Positions 56,101-64,000 of a stretch of 64,000 bases of DNA are shown here, piece after piece. A program made the position numbers and the translations under genes. Source of the stretch: Macrostomum lignano (Eukaryota); the NCBI GenBank assembly GCA_002269645.1, contig NIVC01000111.1, forward strand, positions 62,001 through 126,000, given 5' to 3'. The notes below the pieces were generated by a model. That model was not told the DNA's origin. It was given only the letters and a program-made list of their open reading frames with translations, and did not search any database. Each line of letters begins with the position of its first letter. Within the stretch, counting starts at the first letter, position 1.

Positions 56101-57221
56101 AACTCTGGAGTTAGTGCAGGGATCGTTATACTCACTGCAGTAGGAATAGACGCCTTTTACATTTGGTAACAATGGTGGGATTTGAAATTCCTATTCTCCT
56201 ACCGAGTTAGAAACAATTGTACAATTGTTCTCTTTTGGATGACGTAATTAGCTAGTTCAGCCTTATATCTACATGTAGGAATGACAGGGGATGTACAGTA
56301 AGTAACTGCTATACGCAATATTTCTGGCAGTCGAAAAGAAATAAATAAGCTGCGATGAATTTCGAATATGGTTTCCGTTGAACTAGCTACCGTTTTCTTG
56401 ACAAAGTAGCAAACCAGAAAAGCATACATGCAGTTTGGAAGCTTTAAAAATTGTAATCTGTTCAGTGCTGAATAGGCTGCAAAAAGCTATATAGTCTGCA
56501 CAAAATCAGCGGGGCAATATTTCCGAAATCTTGGCACACCGGTGCAACACATAGACTCCCAATATTTAAAGTATTTATTTTGCTGTTCAAACGAGCTACA
56601 ATACCACTGCTTTATATTTTGTATTTAAACTCGCCTCAGAACCTCTATATTATCATTAAAAAACTTGTGAAATAGGAAAAGTATGCCCAATACAACGGTG
56701 AATTCGTTTAGTGAACCTTGACTAGATCATAGCTAACTTGCCTTGTTTTAACTCGTTTTTTTACTAATTTATTGGCAGGAGCCGATGATGAAAATGGAGA
56801 GAGCGTCATCTGCGGCAGGGTGACATTCGTGAACGATGGTGACACGCTGCGCCTCTCTCCGGACGGCCGCAGAAATTCGGCGTCTCTGCGCATCCGCCTG
56901 CTAGAGATTGACGCGCCGGAACTGAACCAACGGCACGGCGCTGAGGCGCGCGACGCCCTGCGATACATGGCACCAACCGGCTCGCGCGTCTGCATCTTAG
57001 TAGACAACGAGGACATCTACGGCAGACTGCTGGGCCGAGTCTGCCGCGGCGGCGCCGACTTAAATCTGCGCCTGTTGGAGGATGGGCACGTCTGGTGCTA
57101 TCGGGGCCGCTGTCGCTCGGCCTACAGGACGGCAGAATTGCAGGCGCGTTCTAGTAGGCGCGGACTTTGGTCGGATCCGACAGCGCAGGCACCCTGGCTG
57201 TTCAGAAAGCAGAAAGGATAG
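53134..57221 (+). CDS. Secreted single-domain staphylococcal-nuclease (thermonuclease) homologue, 183 aa; join(53134..53242,56779..57221)
   Basis: Exon 1 is signal-peptide-like and ends at a phase-1 GTGAGT donor. TACTAAT branch and CAG acceptor at 56776-56778 are also phase 1. Exon 2 has DGDT, RIRLLEIDAPE, DIYGRLLG, LNLRLLEDG, AE..AR..RRGLWS..PW.FRK. Confidence 0.82.
55208..56186 (+). mobile_element. LTR-like sequence (TGT...ACA, ~954 bp) followed by a tRNA-Leu-like primer-binding site (56164-56186)
   Basis: The PBS reverse complement TTCAAAT-CCCAC-CATTGTTA-CCA has tRNA 3'-end geometry. Collinear blocks are shared with 58870-59575. Confidence 0.55.
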
Positions 57222-58049
57222 GCTGGCAAGCATTACGCTGGTGCCTGCGCCTGCCCTGCCTGACCACACCAGACGCTGGTGTGGTCAAACTAATACGATG
57301 TACTATTCAGAGTAAGATAGTCAAAGAAGAACAATGAGAACGGACTGACTGCAAAGCTGCCGGAATTAAAAGCTTCTTTATATTGCAAACTAATTAAAAG
57401 CACTGAATTAATACATAGTTATGGAAGATAACACCGGATCTATAAAGTTTGCTGGCGCAATTTTACTATTAAAAATTATCCACCTCTTCACGTTACCTAA
57501 AAAACGCACAAGAATTTAATGATATACGATTAGACTAGATGCTACTATTAGAATACCCATAAGAAATAACACCAATTTTTTGTTCCTGCAAGCTTAATAC
57601 GAGCTAAAATAAGGAGTCCTCATGCCACCATCCCCAGTTCTGAGCTAACCGTCCCGCGTCCGAGTAAGAAGATAACAGAGTCAGGTAGGAAACCGCGCAC
57701 CTGTTAATATAGAGTTTAGAAGGTTTTCCAACGACCGGCTGGGACTTTTCGCCCAACTGGGCATCAATTTAATTTAAGGTGGTGTGACCGATACGTAGGG
57801 GCACGATACAAGCGTAGCAAAAAAACAAAAAACGTTCAAAATCGGCAATCAAATTAAAACACGATTAGATTGAAAATGATACCATGCAAAAAGAGTGTAA
57901 ATTTTTTTTTTCAATTGCAGGAGCATTGTCAACAGAGAGAGCTTGAGAATAATTACAGTGGAACGCTCTGTAGCCTGAGCTAAACACGCAACTGAGAACA
58001 GAAATATTAATTCTCTAGAAATACATTTTACGAGTACAAAGGGGCGCTT

Positions 58050-58790
58050 TCGCATGATAGTTTCCTCCTACGTGGTTATCAACGAGCGGTGTTGCAAAGG
58101 TTTCCGGACTGTGTTCACGAGCAGTGCTACTCGCAAACAGAGGAAGTCGCTGGCCATCAAATTCGGTTGCCTCAAATTCCACCACTACCTTAGCCGCTGC
58201 CCAAAATTCAAGGTTATACCACCGGACCACAAGCCGCTGGTCAGCATGCACAGCCCCACCGCGGATCGAGCGCCTGACACTTGGCTGCAGTACAAGCTAG
58301 GGGCAGACAACTCAGCAGATTTCTGGGACCGATCGGAGGTCATATGCTGCTAGTGTGCACAAACTACTTTTTACGCTTTTCACTGACTAGTAGATAATTT
58401 CGGGGGCGAAAGCAGCAGCCCAGGTCATCCGAAGCCTCCGAAAGTTGTTCAGGACGCCAGCCGGTTAAGATCACCACCGACAACGGCCCGCTGTTCTTGT
58501 CCGCAGAGTTCAACGCCTACTTGCGCAGTCAGGGCATCCAACATCATCAGAATGCACCGCTGCATCCCCAAGCCAATGGACTCACTCGTGCAGCGATGCA
58601 TCCGAGGCCTCAATAAGACACTCAGAGGGCAGCGACTGGCAGGCGGCACTGGACGATTAACTGGCGAAAACCGCGCCCATGAGACCTCCAACCACCAGAT
58701 CACCGAAGGAAACCTCGTCCTCCGCCAGCTCACTAACCGCAGCAAGACCCAACCCCTTTTTTCGAGGCCTCGCCTAAACATTACGAGTAC
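58050..58790 (+). pseudogene. Degenerate Ty3/Gypsy pol fragments (RNase H-like and integrase core)
   Basis: SLAIKFGCLKFHHYL..DHKPLV; KITTDNGPLFLSAEFNAYLRSQGIQH..PLHPQANG; frameshifted. Confidence 0.8.
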
Positions 58791-58869
58791 TAGCTCTAAC
58801 AGACTGTGTTGGTGAGGACACAGGAAGCCGAGCTTATATTTTTGTCTTTGTTAATTATTTGGTGTTAAG

Positions 58870-59730
58870 TCCTTATTAATATTTACTGCTGGTGCGCTAG
58901 TTAATTTATCGCTCAATAATTACATTCGTCTATTTATTATTATTTCGAAGTCTCAATTTAACTCATTAAGTTCAACTAATCAAATCTTTCTTTGAGGAAC
59001 GGCTTGTCTCAGTCAATTTAATCATAGCTTCGATTGGTGGCAGCGAACTACCTTTCGTGATTTATCTAGCTTGGGGTTTAATTATCGATTTAAGAGGGAA
59101 CTTAATTTATCAAGAAATTATCGGTCGCACTCTATCAGACCATCTCAGGGTATCGCTCTTCGGCTGGTGCAGTATAAGCAGTATAGCCTTAGGCCATATT
59201 ATCGCAGCTACCGTTAATCAAAGTTATTTGGGACCTTTGTCAGCGGAAATAGGGAAACCAGTCACTCCGCCCGTTAAGAGTTCGCGGACATTGAGCCCAT
59301 TTAATGCGCGCCAGACGCTTAGTCATTACCGGCTAAAAGTCCAAGTGATTCATAGTCTGCAGTCAGAAAAAGACCTAGAGAGACAGAGAGCCCAGCGGAA
59401 ATATAGGAGTCTAGCGAGACAGAGCCCAAGGAATTTATAGGGCGCGTGAGACAATAAGCCCAGCTCGGCTTAGCGCTAGATTTCCGATCCGCAAGAGACT
59501 ACTCGTGAGTAGCAGAGTTAGAACTAGGATTAATAATTGACACCGTCAAGTCTTAAAAATTTTAGGTCCGTTACATTTGGTGTTATTAGCGATGGGATTC
59601 GATATCCAAGCGTGAACCTTTTAATAAATTTCTGACCTTTTACATTTAGTGGAATCAGCGTTTGGATTAACGTGAAGTTTCAGCAGCGACTCCCAGACCT
59701 TTTACATTTGGTTCACAGCGGTGGAATTTA
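58870..59730 (+). mobile_element. Second diverged LTR-like copy ending at 59575, followed by three LTR-end/PBS-like units
   Basis: TCTCAGTCAATTTA (55577/59007) and ACCATCTCAGGGTA (55719/59139) are shared; TTACATTT(G/A)GT occurs three times at ~65-bp spacing. Confidence 0.5.
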
Positions 59731-61609
59731 GTCAGTAACACCGTCACGCATAATTAAGTTAAGACCCTTGTACACTATTATTCATCGCTGAAATGAGAAC
59801 CAACTTTTCAGCCTGTCGGGAACTGAATTTTACTAAAGCAACTTCGGTGAACATCTTTAGTTATTACGAGGCTCTTAGAAAGCTTTTGATGTTTGTCGCA
59901 ATGGCGGCCGTCAGCGCGTGGAACATCACTGACGAGCTCAGGTTGAATCGAATTTTGAGCGACCCTGCGACAGAGCTGTCCGTAGATCTGAAGAAAATAA
60001 TGGGTCTGGTCGGCTAGATGCAAAACCCAAACCGCCAAATGCGATCCGCTGTTACCGGTGCTGTCACCATCGTAGTTATGGCGGGCAACACAATTTTACT
60101 TGTTTCTAACTTCAATTGATTCGGTGATGGACCTTCCAATGCAGCTCGATAATTTGAGGTAATATTCGTAGACCAATTAAAGCTCTTCAACTTCACTGCA
60201 TTTTCTCACTACTTAGTTTAGAGATTATCTCAAAAGTGCCTCCAGAAGTAATGTTATTCCGTATCGATAAATCTGTCATGCTTTGTCCAATACTGGACAC
60301 AATCTCACATAAAATTCCATTATAACTCGTATAGCTACCTTTGCTACCTGATCATTTTCTCTCAACATGCTATTGCAGGGTAAATACGGATACAGTATAG
60401 CGCGTACAAACAAGTAATATCCTGTTTGAAAGTAATAGTTTTGAGTTCATTAATTTGCCCTAAGTGCAGCAGTATGTTGCCTGACGAGCTGTTATTCTGA
60501 GAAAGCGATTTAAGACCGGTGCTTACAATATGGGGTTGCACAATCTTGCCAACAGACACTCGCAGAGGCAGGAGCGGATAGCGGATCTGCGGAACAAAGA
60601 CGCTGCATAAAAGACCAATTTGCTTTTTAAATTTTTCTTGCACAGAAATGCTGCAAAAAATGAAGCTGATATCTATATTAGCTATTCGTTAGCTGCATGC
60701 TGTCTAGCTAACGAAGTTGGTCCGGTCATTAGCGACCGTGCGGCGTCCAAAATAATACTGCAGCTGACGTCAAGCCAGTCTGGATGTCGCTGGCGACAAA
60801 AGTACTGTCGTTGTAAGCTAGGGGCCTAGCCTCTTGTAAAAACTTGCTAGGCATAGATGTAGATATTTGTATTATTTCCATTTAACACCCTTTATTGTAT
60901 TCTTCACATGAGCAAGATTGGATGTGAAATTTTAGCGACAAAGTTGCATTTCTGCTTTAATGGTCCTGGAGGGATATGTCTATAGCGTTCCATGTAGCAT
61001 GTGGGCAGTCAATATTATGTTTTAGCAGTCTGACAAGAAACACGGAAATATATCACTGCAGAATGGTTTTGCTATTTTTAGTATATTGGATTTTCGTTAT
61101 AGCCCTAATAATTTAAAAAATACCTTTTAAGGCCATTTAGACCATTGAAAATTTAGGCCATTTACCAGTCAGTAAAGCGATATCACCCAACCATTTACCC
61201 TAACAGCACACATTTAGAGCAGTTAAGCATAGTATCAATGCTGTAGTGTTTAAGCAATCCAATGCGCTTTACAAGTCGATTTACAAGTCGACAAGTGAAA
61301 ATTATCTTCTCTACTACCGTTTGTACGTCGTATTAGACTAAAGGGTAAATATATTTTCCTTACTCACAGAAGGCTAACACCACACGCTTCCTAGTGACCC
61401 AAAAAATCCAAAGCACATTACCTACTTGCACTGCAACAGCAATTGCGTTTATGAGCTTAGTACTTATAATTGTAGAAGTTTCGGGTTAACCCCATCAGGT
61501 TTGTCATTGACCCTTCAAATCAATAAACAATTCAGGGTTGAAGGCTTTCTTATACATACTATTTGATTATTATTTCACCTGATGAAAGTGAACCACTCCT
61601 ATTTCAAGT

Positions 61610-63150
61610 CAAAAGTCTCTGACCAGCTCGAAACAATTGACGTTGTAGTCCGATCCGTGACACTGTAAATTCCTGATGCAACGGTGAGACGATGTTCAAG
61701 GATGATATGCACAACTACACTACAACGATATTTTAACCAGGTCTGAAACAGTTGACGTTGTCGTCGGATCCGTAACATAGCGAATTCCTGATGCAACGGT
61801 GAAATGCTGTTTAAGGCTGATATGCAGGACTACACTTCAGAGAAAGATATTGTAACCAGATCAGAATTAATTTAAGTTGTCGGATCCGTGACAATGCAGA
61901 TTCCTAGTGCAACGGTGAGATTTTCAAGGCTGATTTGCAGGACTACACTCCATGCAGAGAAAGATATTGTAACCAGATCTGAAACAGTTGACGTTGATGC
62001 AGTGGTCAGATCCGTGACAGGGCATATTCCTAATGCAACGGTGAGATGTTCGATCAAGACTGATACACAGGACTATATTCCAGAGAAGAATGTTGTAACT
62101 AGATCTGAAACAGTTGACGTTGTGGTCGGATCCGTGACATTGCAAATTTCTGATGCAACAGTGAGACGATGTTCAAGGATGATATGCACAACTACACTAC
62201 AACGATATTTTAACCAGGTCTGAAACAGTTGACGTTGTCGTCGGATCCGTAACATAGCGAATTCCTGATGCAACGGTGAAATGCTGTTTAAGGCTGATAT
62301 GCAGGACTACACTTCAGAGAAAGATATTGTAACCAGATCAGAATTAATTTAAGTTGTCGGATCCGTGACAATGCAGATTCCTAGTGCAACGGTGAGATTT
62401 TCAAGGCTGATTTGCAGGACTACACTCCATGCAGAGAAAGATATTGTAACCAGATCTGAAACAGTTGACGTTGATGCAGTGGTCAGATCCGTGACAGGGC
62501 ATATTCCTAATGCAACGGTAAGATGTTCGATCAAGACTGATACACAGGACTATATTCCAGAGAAGGATGTCGTAACTAGATCTGAAACAGTTGACGTTGT
62601 GGTCGGATCCGTGACATTGCAAATTTCTGATGCAACGGTGAGACGATGTTCAAGGATGATATGCACAACTACACTACAACGATATTTTAACCAGGTCTGA
62701 AACAGTTGACGTTGTCGTCGGATCCGTAACATAGCGAATTCCTGATGCAACGGTGAAATGCTGTTTAAGGCTGATATGCAGGACTACACTTCAGAGAAAG
62801 ATATTGTAACCAGATCAGAATTAATTTAAGTTGTCGGATCCGTGACAATGCAGATTCCTAGTGCAACGGTGAGATTTTCAAGGCTGATTTGCAGGACTAC
62901 ACTCCATGCAGAGAAAGATATTGTAACCAGATCTGAAACAGTTGACGTTGATGCAGTGGTCAGATCCGTGACAGGGCATATTCCTAATGCAACGGTGAGA
63001 TGTTCGATCAAGACTGATACACAGGACTATATTCCAGAGAAGGATGTTGTAACTAGATCTGAAACAGTTGACGTTGTGGTCGGATCCGTGACATTGCAAA
63101 TTTCTGATGCAATGGTGAGATGTTCAAGGGTGATATGCAGGACTAGACTC
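61610..63150. repeat. 477-bp tandem repeat (~3.2 copies), each made of four diverged ~119-bp monomers
   Basis: Near-identical ORFs recur at 61888, 62365 and 62842; GAAACAGTTGACGTTG..GATCCGTGACA recurs every ~115-126 bp. Confidence 0.93.
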
Positions 63151-64000
63151 CAGAGAAGGATTGTAGCTAGTGACTTATATTTGTCGTGTCACTATACATG
63201 TATGTTTTTTAAGAAACGTGCATTTGAGAAATTTCTATGGATCACGTATACAAGTACAGTAGTTTATACGACTGTACAGTTACAAAGTCATAAAAGTCTA
63301 CTAATATTGCCCCACTATTCTGAAAATTTCGAATAGTGGGCTAAATAAGAGTATGGAAACGGTCTAGAAACTGATAAACAGAAACAATATTTATATAGCA
63401 ATAAGAACTCAAATTGATACTGTGCTGATAATCCACCCAGACTAAATGTCTTACTTACTAATTCTACTACAACGTACGCTTCTCTCGCTGCCGAGCATAG
63501 TTAGTTTGCATGGTTATACCGATTATTGAGGTCTCTGTTCGTTCATTTACATAAAGATACAACAATAGACGCAAGATATAGCTAGAAAGCAGGCTTAGAG
63601 CGGATAACTGTGGGAATCGGATCTGATCTAGTGGCTATACATTCCCGACACAATAATTAAGGTTGAGAGCTGTCCGCACGGTCGACACTGAGACAGAAAT
63701 CTTTGTGGTTTTTGCATCCATTCCAAGAGATCAGTCAACGTGGCCGCTACCTGGATATCAATACGGAAAGTGTGTTGTTGTTTTAAAAGGCAATAAAATT
63801 GAAAACGCGTGACGAAAATAGGGCATGGGGGACACTCGGACGGACGAGATCCCCGTACCCAGTCCTACTTTATGTGCTCGTACATGTACACGTATACCAG
63901 GCCAGTGGCTCCGTTCTGATGCAGTTTCGGAAGGCAGACGCCATACAAGTGGTGTTATTACTGTCTACTCTGGCTACAAGACAGCTACTACAGTCGTTTT

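Noticed and set aside
61599-63336. Repeated 61-164 aa ORFs
   Set aside because: Products of the 477-bp repeat; monomer lengths break the frame.

Overview
Repeat-rich eukaryotic (animal) genomic DNA. GC-rich exons, short GT-AG introns and abundant simple repeats suggest a free-living flatworm such as Macrostomum (inference only). The window holds: (i) a 4-exon coiled-coil/Cys-His-finger gene (1077-4468, -). (ii) Two full-length, TSD-flanked non-LTR retrotransposons with EN-RT-RNaseH-CCHC ORF2 (6509-12405 +, one frameshift; 13888-19263 -, intact). They converge on a Mab-21/cGAS-like (cGLR) nucleotidyltransferase gene, and the second splits its reading frame. (iii) A 2-TM gene and an ankyrin-repeat gene among many mini- and microsatellites. 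(iv) A 3-exon PKA regulatory-subunit-like gene with no evident D/D domain (38904-41475). (v) A 10.9-kb CACTA/EnSpm element (41565-52435; 18-bp TIR, AGA TSD) carrying a spliced transposase, a B-box/coiled-coil/BEN accessory gene, two orphan ORFs and nested mariner/hAT debris. One transposase intron appears to have arisen by tandem duplication of an AG|GT exon segment. (vi) A 2-exon gene joining a signal peptide to a bacterial-type single-domain staphylococcal nuclease (53134-57221), among Gypsy LTR/PBS/pol remnants. (vii) A 477-bp higher-order tandem repeat. All splice models and family calls are by eye, without searches.
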